A DNA stretch of 64,000 nt from Eledone cirrhosa (taxonomy: Eukaryota), in NCBI GenBank assembly GCA_964016885.1, contig OZ024752.1:45074001-45138000 (forward strand), given 5' to 3'. Below are positions 27,420 to 41,870 of the stretch, one piece after another. The notes beneath the pieces are model-generated. The model searched no databases and was not told where the DNA came from. It saw only the letters and a list, made by a program, of their open reading frames with translations. Within the stretch, counting starts at the first letter, position 1, and each line of letters begins with the position of its first letter. A program made the position numbers and the translations under genes.

Positions 27420-27580
27420 TTTGCTTTCTAGCATAGAGTTACGTCCCTTTACGGACCGAGTTCAAATCCCTCCAAGGTTAACTTTGCCTTTCATCCTTAC
27501 GGGGTCGAGGGTCGATAAAATAAAGTACCAGTAATGTACTGGGGTAATTGCTGGCCTTGTGCCAAAAGTAGAAACAATTA
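27420..27580 (+). mobile_element. Nin/Deu SINE
   Basis: Core sequence match. Confidence 0.8.
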
Positions 27581-28316
27581 AATTATACACAGGATCGTGT
27601 TGGCAGTTATCCCCACTTAACAATATGACAACACTTCAATGTGAAACCGGACAAGAAGTTGTATAAACATGCACCAAACATGGTACATGACAACAACCTA
27701 GTCACAATCATCTGAGATATTTCTATTTAAACTGACAAAAAGATCAAGGCAGACCATTATTCTGCGATATGTATGGTTTCTACTTTTCAATTTCTGAAAT
27801 CACACACATAAGAGTGGAAAAGAAAAATATACCCTAAAATCTATAATCTGTTTTTTCAACTTCTAACAACGTTTAGAATGACTTCAACTAAAGCTAATAA
27901 CTTCGACCATTACCAACGCTAAAAGGTTCCTGTAGTGAAAAATAAAACAAAACAAAACAAAACAAAAGAAAGCAGATTTTATATTCACCGATGAAAGTCT
28001 ATTTAGATTGAAAATGTTGAATAAAACCCTACGTTTTAGATAAGTACTGGAACCAAAACACTTGAACACAGATATACATTGCTGTCCTCTCAAACCAGAA
28101 TATTCCACGAAAAAAATAAACAAGGCAAATTGCCAGCATAAAAGGATCTCTTGAGACATGAAAGTAAAAAGAGAAGCAATAATAATTAGATCACTAGATC
28201 TGATAAAATAACCAGGAAAAAAAATAATAATCATGCAAACCATACCTGGAAAACGCAACTTTCACACACTGCAAAATAAAAGAGTTCTACTAGATACAGC
28301 CCACATAATACTCAAG

Positions 28317-28606
28317 CAGGGCCGGTGCCAGAAATATCTGGTACCCTAGGTAAGGTAAGATTCTGGCGCCTCCTCCATGAAAATATCAATTTCAAAATTT
28401 ATAAACAATATGTTTAAAAAAACATTTTCTTTTAACACTTATTTGTCCCCGTATGAAATAAACCAGGATAAAAAACGACCCTTAATAAAACTGAAATTTA
28501 TTTAGTTTTCAAAATTGTTGTTGATTTGGAGAAATGAGCTCCCCCGCCTCTGAAATCAGAGCCCTGGACGGCTGCCTAGTTTGACTATATGGTAGCACCG
28601 GCCCTG
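28317..28606. mobile_element. hAT-like MITE
   Basis: TIRs CAGGGCCGGTGC / GCACCGGCCCTG; degenerate 8-bp TSD tactcaag / aacgtaag. Confidence 0.8.
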
Positions 28607-28695
28607 AACGTAAGGTATTACCGATGAAATGTCAGAACTCAAAGAGTAAAAGCTCTACATAAGACACACTGTAAGAAATATACACTTCATAAAAC

Positions 28696-28882
28696 AATTG
28701 TTTCTACTTTTGGCACAAGGCCAGCAATTATCCCAGTGTATTACTGGTACTTTATTTTATCGATCCCGTAAGAATGAAAGGCAAAGTTAACCTCAGCGGG
28801 ATTTGAACTCGGATCATAAAGGGCCGTAACTCTATGCGTCAAAGCATGGCGTCAGACCCTCTACTGATACTGCCAATCCACA
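28696..28882 (-). mobile_element. Nin/Deu SINE, near full length
   Basis: Core and tRNA head match. Confidence 0.85.
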
Positions 28883-29409
28883 ATAATATAACGTATACAA
28901 TAGAAACAACACCCAGTTAAAACATACAGCACACACTACACACTACACAGCACAGTACACACTACACAGCACAGACTACACAGTACACACTACACAGCAC
29001 ACACTACACAGCACAGCACACACTACACACTACACAGCACAGTACACAGTACACAGCACACAGTACACAGCACTACGTTACTGACTCTGTATCAGTAAAG
29101 ACCCACAAAACACATTTTCTTCACAGTTGCAAGTCATTAAACGTTGCATGAACCATGCATCTCACACTTTATACAATTACATATGGAACTCTCTAACACT
29201 TAACACCAATTAAGCAGCACATTCAAACCAAATAACACAACTGATATTACACATATTCTACATAACAGGTGAATCATTCACATAGCACAAAAGACAACAA
29301 AGTAAACTGCAGAGCAAAGCTAAACTGAAGCAATCTATTTATAAGAGTCTACAGCTCACAGAATACAATGTTGTATATATCTCGGGAATGAGGAGGATAA
29401 ACTGTCGTG

Positions 29410-29722
29410 TACAAAGTACCAGTAATGCACTGGGGTTGATTTAATCAACTTTCCTCCTCCTCTAAAAAATTACTGCCCTTGTGCTTGAATCAGAAAGCAT
29501 TCGATAAAATAAAGTACCAGTAATAGACTGGGGTAATTGCTAGCCTCCCTGTGCCAAACGTAGAAACAATTATTGTTATTATTATTATCATCTTGCCATT
29601 CTGAGTTCAAATCCCGCCGAGGTTAACTTTGCCTTTCATCCTTACGGGATCGATAAAAATAAAGTACCAGTAATACACTGGGGTAATTGCTGGCCTTGTG
29701 CCAAAAGTAGAAACAATTATAT
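29410..29722 (+). mobile_element. Cluster of three truncated Nin/Deu SINE 3' parts
   Basis: aaagtaccagtaat occurs three times, each with a SINE tail. Confidence 0.75.
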
Positions 29723-30364
29723 TTAGAAGAATGGGATTCATATCTGTGAGATAGGGGCAGCTTTGTATATCTAGCCTAGGGCGGTAAATACCCAGGCGCC
29801 GGCTCAGCACGTAAGAGATATCACTCTACGCTGTTTTCTAAAATACTACTAATTGCTTTGACAGGTTATAAGCGTAAAAAGAATAACTCTCTCTCAACGA
29901 AAATAAAAGCGGCTGATATTATTAGAAATCCTGGTATGGTGTCCTGGATTAAAACAGTTGCAGCAATCCTAACACGGTTATTTTTGCTTGCTTCGCTTTC
30001 AGTGTAAGCTTGGTTAAGAAACATACTTTCAATTGTAAGTGTATTTACAGAACAGTACAACCACTGTAGGTGAAAACGTGTGTAGTTTTAACTTTCTGAC
30101 TACATTACAAATGAGAGATTTAACACACTTATCTACACTTTACTGGTTAAACCCTGCTAGAAAGTGCAAAAACATAAAATGCTGCCATTTTGTGTGTTAT
30201 TATTTTATGTTTTAGTTTGTTTTAAAGTCGCAAACATGCAGATACTGGAGATGGCAGACGATCAAATAAACCTACAAGGATTTCCCTTATCTCACTATCC
30301 GAATAAATTTGAATATGCAAACACATCTGGTTTACTATCCCAGGTGCAGTTTCCATATATGCGA

Positions 30365-30807
30365 CGCCATATACACATATACATACACACACACATATAC
30401 ATACATACACCCACACACATACATACACATACATACATACATACATACATACACCCACATACATACATACACACACACACACATATACACACATATACAT
30501 ACATACACCCCCACAGGCACACACACATACAGGACGCCATACACACACACATACAGGACGCCATACACACACACATACACACACATACATACACACACAT
30601 ACACACGACGCCATACACACACATACATACACATACGCACACATACATACATACATCCCCACAGGCGCGTACACACACACATATACACACATACATACAC
30701 CCACACACACATACATACACACACATACACACACACACACATATACACGACGCCATACTCACACGTATACAAACACCCCCCTCCCCCCCACACACACATA
30801 CACGACG

Positions 30808-30872
<65 letters not shown>

Positions 30873-31322
30873 CACTACACCATACACGTAAACACAGACA
30901 CACACACACACACATGAAATCACGTATGCAAACGCATTACACACACACATAGGCACACGCATGCATACATACAAACAAACACACACATATACACATTCAC
31001 TACATCATACACGTAAACACACACACACACACACATAAAAATACACACAAACAAACACCACACTCACTCACATACGTACATATACACATGAAGTCGCATA
31101 TTCTCAAACACATTACGCACACAAACGTATACACTACATACATACACAGTACACAGTCCACATACACAGTACACATAGACACTACACATACACAGTATAC
31201 ACATTCACAGTACACATACACACCTCACAGTACACACATACACACTACACATACACAGTATACACATACACAATACACATTCACACTACACATACACAGT
31301 ACACAGTACACATACACACACA
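30365..31322. repeat. (CA/TACA)n low-complexity tract
   Basis: Directly visible. Confidence 0.95.
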
Positions 31323-31561
31323 AAATAAAAAAATAAAAATAAAATGAAGAAAAATATAAAAAAAAATGAAATAGTTTGGCAAGGCATTTCGACTGAGATA
31401 GCGGAAACATATCTTATAAAGAAACCCGAACTTAAACCACAGAGGGAAGCTGGAACTCTAGAAGTACATATCATGGGGTGGGGATTAGGGGGTAGGAGTG
31501 GCAAGGGAGGTAAGACTAGAGGTTAGGCTAGAATTGATTATCTTTAAATGAATAAAAAAAA

Positions 31562-32136
31562 GTATGTTTATATATTTAAATATTTATATATTTATATGGT
31601 TAAATGTTAATATATTTATATTTATATATTTATGTTTGTATATTCATATATTTGTATATTTATATATTTATATATAAATAAACATAAATATATAAACATA
31701 TAAATATACAAATATATAAACATATAAACATATATATATATATAAATATACAAATATATAAACATGTATATATATGTTTATATATTTGTATATTTATATA
31801 TTTATATATGTTTGTATGTTTATATATTTATATATGTTTGTATGTTTATATATTTGTATATTTATATATATGTATGTTTATATATTTCTATATTTATATA
31901 TATATATATATATGTTTATATATTTGTATATTTATATATATATATATTTATATATATATATGTTTATACATTTATATATATATATGTTTATACATTTATA
32001 TATATATATATATGTTTATACATTTATATATTCATATATTTGTATATTTATATAGTTATATATATACATCTATATATTTATATATATTTATATATAGTTA
32101 TATATACACATCTATATATTTATATATATTTATATA
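31562..32136. repeat. TA-rich low-complexity tract with a local inversion near 31675-31765
   Basis: Directly visible. Confidence 0.9.
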
Positions 32137-33250
32137 GTTGTCTGTTGTATTAACAACCTTGTTATTACGTTGTAAAACATTCAATGCCAAATAAATTCAT
32201 TGAAGTTATACAAGATACAAGATGGCGGTTATGCCTGATGTCTTACGTAGTCGGATGTAAAGTCACCTGGTTTCCTGGTTTTAGTGGATTAGAGAGTTCT
32301 CTTGCGGAAGCAGCGCGTTGTGTCCTTGAGTGAAACCCTTTTCCACACACGGTGTCATGCCGAATCTCCCTGAGAACTAACTACCTTATAGGTACATTAA
32401 TTATATTAAAGCAAACTTCTCTTTGTTCGAACAGCGAAACGTCTTTTTCATGAAATTGTAATACAAATTGCCAAACTTATCTATCTATCTAACTCTCTAT
32501 CTATCTCTCTATCTAACTCTCTATCTAACCCTCTATCTATTAATCAAGCTATCTATTTGTCCCCTTCTTTTGTGCCCCTGTGGCTAATAAAGAAACATAT
32601 CTATCTACCTATCTATCTACCTATCTATAGCTTTTTCCTTCTCGTTCTTACTCTTTCCTCTGTTTCTCACTCTCACTTTCTCCTCCTTTCGACCCCCCCC
32701 CCCCCCCATCACCCCCCTCACCCCCCCTCTTTCTCTCATACACACACTCTCTATCTCTCTCAACCTCTCTCAACTTTCTCCATCTCTCCACTCCTCTCTC
32801 TCTCTCTATCTATCTATCTACACGTTTTTATTGTATGTAAACTCCCCCCTTTGTATTTGTCCCCTTCTTTTGTACCCCTGTGGCTAATAAAGAAACATAT
32901 CTATCTCTCTCTCTCTCACACACGCGCATTAAAAAATATTAGCTTTGTGAACAAAGCTAAACTGAAGTAATCAACATATTTTACATAGTCACATGTCACT
33001 GTCGTCTGTTTCCTGTCTCTTCATAATTTAGTGAACTTGTGTCAACAGCCTTGTTGGTCCTATTGAATAAAATATTTGGAAGAAGAATAATAATCGCTTT
33101 TTTGGGTGAGATAAGCAGAGTTGATAATAATAATAATACATAGGGTACGGGGTTGGAATGGACTGAAAGCGACAGCAGACCTGCGTACCATGAAAAAAGG
33201 GGAGAAATGAGTCAAAATGGGGAGATTTTACATAATGAAAGCTATATCTA

Positions 33251-33286
<36 letters not shown>

Positions 33287-33384
33287 GGTGGCCCTTATTT
33301 TTCAACTTTCTAAAAGTTTAACCCCCCCCCCCCCCCTCTATCTTGTTCCAAGTAACAGAACACCAATCTATGCATCTACACACG

Positions 33385-33591
33385 ATTTCATATGAAAACC
33401 CTTGCAAAACATATATATATATATTAGAATTGTTGCTCTGAAATAGCTATATATATATGAATGTATATACAGTGTATTTTGCAATACACTGTATATACAT
33501 TCATATATATATAGCTATTTCAGAGCAACAATTCTAATATATATATATATGTTTTGCAAGGGTTTTGATATGAAATATTTAATATAGAAAT

Positions 33592-33633
<42 letters not shown>

Positions 33634-33720
33634 ATTTCTATATTAAATATTTATACTCTGTTATGTTTTGAGTACCTTACTTACTGTGTTTACCCCCGAT
33701 TGAACCCGGGATAAACATAT
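33385..33720. repeat. Two consecutive foldbacks (33385-33575, 33573-33652) followed by a tatactctg... tail
   Basis: Arms checked by eye as reverse complements. Confidence 0.85.
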
Positions 33721-33764
33721 ATACGTGTGTGTGTCTGTGTGTGTGTGTGTGTGTCTGTGTGTGT

Positions 33765-33936
33765 AAAAGGTAAACAGAAATAACACAATCGGTACATTAT
33801 ATGGAAGGGATATATTAGGTTAACGCTTAATATAGCAGGAAGAGGGTCTTAACGTTTCGGACGCTAGTCCTTCATCAGAAGAAAGAATGAGAAATAAGAT
33901 AGATTGAGGGGTCGGGCGGGTTGGAATTGGAAAAAT
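33765..33936 (-). mobile_element. Penelope-like pseudo-LTR, family A
   Basis: Reverse complement of 52784-52957; contains a hammerhead. Confidence 0.75.
33847..33882 (-). ncRNA. Minimal type I hammerhead ribozyme
   Basis: tctt CTGATGA a ggac tagc gtcc GAAA cg TT aaga; palindromic AACGTT at stem III. Confidence 0.75.
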
Positions 33937-34669
33937 TGTCATATACAACGGACCTTTGCAGTTTCTGTCTACCAAATTTTCACTAATATGGCATTGGTGA
34001 CTTATGGTAAGATAACACTTACCAAAGATATTATAATACAAATGCTCCTGAACCGGGATCGTTATTACAAAGCGAACTCCTTAACCACACAGCCATGTTA
34101 TTCTTTTTAACCTTTTAGTTTTTTTTTCTTTTATCATATACACATCTGAAAAAAGAAACGCATTCAAATTTTATCAATTTTTTCCCCCGATAATATTAAC
34201 ATCCGGCAATGTTTAACCGGCATATTATTCAGGTTTGCAACCAACTGTGTTATCTTCGTTCAACAAATTATCATTTCCCCACTGAACTATTGTATTCGTT
34301 AAACTATATTATAAGAATCATGGGTGACGTCACTAATTGGAATAGTGGCAGCGTTTTTTGTATCTGACAAGACAGCTTTGTTTTTTTTTTTTGTGTTTTT
34401 TTTCTTTCCAAATTCTATGGAATGATCTAACAGACATTTTCTAAGATAATATATCTTTTTCACTCTGCTGCCGTCTACAAGACGTTTCTTGTCGAAATAA
34501 AAAAAAAAAAAAAAGAAATAATTGTTTCTACTTTTGGCACAAGGTCAGCAATTACCTCATATGAACAGTAAAGCATGGTGTCTTCTATTATATACACTCT
34601 GCCTGTGCATAGAGTGCTTGATTTGGTACCAACACCAATAATTCACTGAATCACCTACAAACACACACA

Positions 34670-35267
34670 CACTATATATACATATATATATATAATAAAT
34701 ATAATATATATAATATATATATATAATAAATATAATATATATAATATATATATATAATAAATATAATATAATATAATATATATATAATATATAAATATAA
34801 TATAATATATATATATATATATAATATATATAATATATAAATATAATATAATATATATATATATAATATATATAATAAATATAATATATATAATATATAT
34901 ATATATATATATAATAAATATAATATATAATATATATATAATAAATATAATATATATATAATAAATATAATATATATATATAATAAATATAATATATATA
35001 TATAATAAATATAATATATATATATAATAAATATAATATATATATATATAATAAATATAATATATATATATAATAAATATAATATATATATATAATAAAT
35101 ATAATATATATATATAATAAATATAATATATATATATATAATAAATATAATATATATATATAATAAATATAATATATATATATAATAAATATAATATATA
35201 TATATAATATATATAATATATATAACATATAAGATAATATATATAATATATATAACATATAATATAA
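34670..35267. repeat. TA-only low-complexity array (taataaatataatatata)n
   Basis: Directly visible. Confidence 0.95.
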
Positions 35268-35371
35268 TTGTTTCTACTTTTTGGCACAAGGCCAGCAATT
35301 AACCAGTGTATTACTGGTACTTTATTTTATCGACCCCATAAGGATGAAAGGCAAAGTTAACCTCGGCGGGA

Positions 35372-35372
<1 letters not shown>
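35266..35372 (-). mobile_element. Nin/Deu SINE 3' part
   Basis: Core match. Confidence 0.8.
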
Positions 35373-35420
<48 letters not shown>

Positions 35421-37131
35421 CAGTGGAATTATTAAGGACGTCACATGATATGAGAAACACAATGGTAGAGAAGAAGAGAAAATATTGGTTTTTACTTAGC
35501 AAAGAGTTGAATGTCGATTTTCGAAATTGTGGAAATATATTTGAAATAAGTGAAGAACAGCTAAATCATTTAAGAAACACGACTGAATATATTTCGTGCA
35601 GCTAGTAATGAACGTGTGGTGTGTATATGATGGTGATAATGTTGTGGTTGGTAGACTGCTGGCTTATTGGTGAAATTTCGGTTGAGGTTTGTGTTGTGAG
35701 TTTATTCACTTATTCACTTATTGTACAATGTAAGCATATCAGAGATGCTTGTGTCAATAACTATATAGATGTTCACCATTATGGAGATTTATGCATACCA
35801 CCATCATATCTCTCCTTCTCTCTTTCGTCCCCTCCACCATTACTTTATGACTGTAATTGAGTTGACTGTACAGTTTATTGTCATGCTATGACACGGCCTA
35901 TTAAATCATTATAAATTTACAAAGAGATAACGATTTCTTCATGACTTTTTCTAACTTTCTCTAAAAGAGCTCCGCTGTGGTTGCAGACCAGTTCTTCTCT
36001 TTAGTTTATAGAATATATATTATATTTTTCGTTTCAAAAGTAGACGTTTGGAATATGTCTGAGGACGATTGAATGCTTCCACCAAATTTGGAGATTCTTT
36101 TGTTCAAAGTCTTAATGTAGTTCCTACAGAACCCGATTCTCAAACGAGTTCCTCGTAACAGGTGGTCTGCCAAAATACTTTATACGCTGATCGAAAGTCG
36201 GATTCCAGCTTAACCACATGTCTTAACCTTGCACACCTTGACTGTACCAGCTGCGACTTCACCAGCTGCGACTTCACCGGACTGTTGATACCACGAGAGT
36301 AAGAAAAAGACTCATTTCCAAGACAGGCTTAGTAAGCTTCCTTCTTTGTTCAAAATGACATTATTCACATCATGGGGGGTGGGGTGGGGAGTGAGCAACG
36401 CTCCCAATTTACCCCCCCCCCCACGGACCACTGAACCGAACATTTGATGCTTTGTACAAAAATATTTTAAATTCAAAGCCACTGAACAGCAATGTTTCGG
36501 TGGATGTGGAACCAATACAGCGACTGCGCAGCCGTGCACACACGCAACTTCGAGGAAACGTTGATGATGAGGTATCGTTATAGAATAAGGAATGCTACAT
36601 TGTGTTTTAACTGTATTTTTAAACTGCTTCTTCCTTTTCTTATCAGGCTGACTGCTTTATGTTGAATAGTATCCAATAGGCAGGTAAATATAGATAGCCC
36701 ACCATCGTTCTTTGTAAACTATATGTATGCATAGGGCGTAAGAATTTCAACCTGTTCAGCACCAAAATCTATTTTGAGATCCACAAAGAAAATATTACCT
36801 GGTGTTTAGATAAATTAAACATGTAGGGTTTCCTTAAGAGATAAAACAAGCTGTTAGGTTTGGCAAGAGTTAAGAGAGTTTGTTGGTGTGATTTCTGTGT
36901 TATGTAAAGAAGTCGCAAACAGGTACGAACAAAATTTTGACACCAATAATAATTAAAAGCCAGGTAGAGTTAACAACGTGGCGTGTTTTTGAATGAGTAC
37001 AGGTATCAGAACAGGTTTGATAAAAGTACAATTAAACTTTCATTGTCTACTACATCCAGTTTAATTGATAATATAGCCGCTAGCAACTCTGGAACTAACT
37101 GTTGAAACGACAAGAGCTCAGGTCGGCCTCT

Positions 37132-37182
<51 letters not shown>

Positions 37183-37190
37183 ATATATAT

Positions 37191-37851
37191 CATCATCATC
37201 ATCGTTTAATGTCCATGTTCAACGCTTGCATGGGTTTGGACGGGAGTTTTCCCACTTGAGGCAAGAGTGGTTGTCTTGCTCGCATAGGACTGTCTGGCGG
37301 GTTTTCTACAGTTGGATGCCCTTCCTAACACCAACCACATTTACAGTGTGGGTCTGGGAGGTTTTTACCGTGTTGCCTACATGGTCACATTACAGCGTGG
37401 ACTGTGTTTTTTTGTCGTGACACCTACACGACCTCATTTGTTTCGGCCTGGATGTTGTGGCACCAACATAACTTTACATTGAAAGGGGCGGTGTGGATGG
37501 GGTGGGGGTGGTGGGATGGGGGTGTATTTTGTTAGAGGTGCCTACTGACTGTAGTAGGTTTTACTTTGTAAGGCGGGTCTTCTCTATTACTGAGTACCGC
37601 CAAAGATCTCGGTCCAGTGACATTGTCTTGGAGAGGTGTAAGTGTGTGAGGTCGGAATTTATCAAATCGTCCCAGGTTTTTCTGGGTCTGCCTACTCCGT
37701 GGCTACCGTCTATCTTTATTGCCCTGCACTTTTTTATACAGCTGTCGTCTTTCATGCGCATCATGTGACCATACCAACGTAGCCTTCTCTCGAGTAAACA
37801 TCTGATCCCTCTTATTTCTAATTTTTCCCTTAGTTCGTTTATGCTTTGCCG

Positions 37852-37855
<4 letters not shown>
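37191..37855 (-). mobile_element. 5'-truncated RTE-clade LINE (ORF C-terminus, 3' UTR, (GAT)n tail)
   Basis: [12 protein letters not shown]...GRPRKTWDD...DRDLWR, stop at 37561, (gat)n tail; inserted in (TA)n. Confidence 0.88.
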
Positions 37856-37912
<57 letters not shown>

Positions 37913-38024
37913 TATATATATATATATAAGCAAAAGGGATATTTAATGTGTTGGTAATTCATAAATATGGTTTTATAAATATAGTTTCCATTTATTAATA
38001 TCATTGATATAAATATATAAAAAT

Positions 38025-38061
<37 letters not shown>

Positions 38062-38063
<2 letters not shown>

Positions 38064-38250
38064 ACAAAGAAAGTGTGGTAAGGAACCAGGTGGATCATAA
38101 CGCACCAGAGTACTCAATACTATGGGTAGTAGAGTGGGTAATAGGAAAAGAGTTAGGACCCGACGGCTGAGCTCTGGCCGTTTCGACAACTATTTCTGAA
38201 CTAGCTGTCGAAACGACCGGAACTCAGCCGTCGGGTCCTAACTCTTTTCC

Positions 38251-38252
<2 letters not shown>
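38062..38252 (-). mobile_element. Family B pseudo-LTR element with foldback 38142-38252
   Basis: Reverse complement of the 18471 copy plus an inverted partial copy. Confidence 0.7.
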
Positions 38253-38273
<21 letters not shown>

Positions 38274-38281
<8 letters not shown>

Positions 38282-38402
38282 TATAACCTCTACGATGAAA
38301 TTTCCTTTTTCGGTTCTTATTTAGAGTTCTCAGGGAGCACTGGTAACCTCGAAATATAGTTGAAACTGGAGATAATTTCATTATAGAGCTTATGTTTCTA
38401 AA
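38274..38402. repeat. Short element with ~35-bp terminal inverted repeats, in a microsatellite
   Basis: ttagaaatataacctctacgatgaaatt / aatttcattatagagcttatgtttctaa. Confidence 0.6.
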
Positions 38403-38445
38403 TATACTTGCACATACACACACACACACACACACACATACACAC

Positions 38446-38524
<79 letters not shown>

Positions 38525-39393
38525 CACATGTGTGTGTGTGTGTGTGTACAGGCGTGAAATAGGTGATCGTATGTTTATCAATAAACATAGAATATACGGA
38601 AGATTTAATAGAAATCTGACATTAGTGCCGTTACTAGTTATATATATATAAATATATATATATAATGTATAGACATGTATAGATAAATATATATATATAT
38701 ATATACATCGATATATATAGACATAGATATGTGGGTGTGTGTGTGTGGTGATTAAGACTTCCTGAACTATGGAAAATCGATGCTACAAATGTGATGGAGA
38801 TGTGACACATTCTTCGATTTTCAATACCAATAAAATGATAAAAGAAAAATAATTTTCTTGGAGGTCATTATCTGAGATCACAGACTAAACACATCTTCAA
38901 ATAAGGGTGGATATCTTAGGGGTCAGACAAGTGATGATGATGATGATGCTGGTGTTGCTGGTGGTGACGGTGGTGTTGGTAGGAGGTCGGGTGCCGCGAT
39001 GGTAATTAATTTTCAGCTGTCAGCATGGTAACATAATATTATCATAATAGCAAGCACTGCTGTCTAGTGTTTGTTATTAAGATAGAAAAGTGTTGGCTTT
39101 TGGTTTATAAACAAACACAGAGTAACATGGAGACCATGAGCAGGCTGAATCAATAAGGGGGTGACCTTACAGAGCAGAAGGGCCAAAGGTTTGAGTACTT
39201 TATTTACTACTGTACTGTATCTCTGTCTAAATATTTAACCCTCAAGCGGCCAGCTTCTGTAGTTGTACATTGAATCTAGGAGAGAGAGGGGAAGGAGGGG
39301 GAGTGAGGGATAGAGACAGGGGGGGGGAGGGGAGATAGGGAGATCCGAAGGTATCTGTGTGTTTTTTATGGTATAACGTATGTATGTGAATGT

Positions 39394-39725
39394 GCATAGA
39401 GTTACGTCCCTTTACTGTCCGAGTTCAAATCCCGCCGAGGTTAACTTTACCTTTCATCCTTACGGAGTCGATAAAATAAAGTACCAGTAATACACTGGGA
39501 TATATTTGCTGGCCTTGTGCCAAAAATAGAAACAATTATTAGGACGGTGGATTGGCAGTGTGAGACGCCATGTTTGGCAGCAGAGAATTGTGGCGCTTTA
39601 TGTTCTGAATTCAAATCCCGCCGAGGTTAACTTTGCCTTTCATCTTTACGGAGTCGATAAAATAAAGTACCAGTAATGTACTGGGGTAATTGCTGTCCTT
39701 GGGCTAAATGTAGAAACAATTATTA
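39394..39725 (+). mobile_element. Two tandem Nin/Deu SINEs
   Basis: Core present twice; the second has the tRNA head ggacggtggattggcag. Confidence 0.85.
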
Positions 39726-39985
39726 GAAATTATCTAAAGGGGTTTCAAATGTTTTATTTTGTGTGTATAGACAGCTACAGCGTGGATATTAACTGACGAT
39801 TCTTGGCATTTCGTTAACCATTCCATAGTTCAACAGTTTATAGGGAGAAGGACGACTCTTGTAGAGGAATTACTGTTTAACTGAAGTGTTATGGTTGAAT
39901 GATTTTCTATTTATGAGAGAAGTTAAATCTATTTCTGTTATTGAAGTTTGGAAAAAATTACAAGATCAAATATTAATAGGCAAAA

Positions 39986-41280
<1,295 letters not shown>

Positions 41281-41643
41281 GAAGAGAAAGAGAGAGAGAT
41301 AAAAATGTTCCTAAGGAATAAGTTATTAATAAAATTATAATTATCTATCTGTAATATGAATATGAATTAAATTAAAAATGAAAATAAAACTCTAACTATT
41401 AATAATTTATTAAATTATTGCTTGTGTAATTATGTAATTCATATTTCAATATATTAATAACATTGAATGATTAAACGAAAGGAATGAGTCTCACAGAAGT
41501 CACGGCAGAAAGTCCCCAGCATACACCGTAAATGTGGTTGGCGTTAGGAAGGGCATCCAGCTGTAGAAACCAAGCCAGAAACAGTTCTGTATGAGCAAGA
41601 CATGGTCCTTGTTAAAACACCAGTGGATATATCCACTTTCAAT

Positions 41644-41687
<44 letters not shown>

Positions 41688-41689
41688 GA

Positions 41690-41870
41690 AGGCGTGTGGC
41701 TGAGTGGTTAGAGAATTGGATTCGCGATGCGATATGTCCTTGGACAAGACACTTTATTTCACGCTGCTCCTTCTACCTGGAGTTGCGACCGATAGATAGG
41801 ATTAGCAATTGGAAAGACGTATGGAAACATTGTTTCCTCGGTCCGATTTGACGAAAGTCGATCGACTGTC
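41690..41870 (+). mobile_element. tRNA-derived SINE (Meta/V-like), same subfamily as 60670-60845
   Basis: ggcgtgtggctgagtggtt, gtccttggacaagacactttatttcacg and a shared tail. Confidence 0.7.

Larger units (their letters stand above)
26530..28625 (+). pseudogene. Fragmented R4/Dong-like (restriction-endonuclease-type) non-LTR retrotransposon
   Basis: Motifs in order: WKTSGLDKIPKF..LKYL; YKDQLVINK / YKNQLLTNK; KC*LC...IDHIIS (zinc knuckle); QDRV...LYKHAP; TII*DISI*TDKKIKA; IPG...LQ..VLLDTAHII-RKVL. Interrupted by SINEs and a MITE. Confidence 0.75.

Noticed and set aside
30164-30952. ORF with a signal-peptide-like N-terminus
   Set aside because: Runs into (CA)n; no recognisable domain; the annotated start is not ATG.
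38325-38370. Possible hammerhead in the short foldback element
   Set aside because: The core needs two or more changes (ctcaggg); insufficient support.
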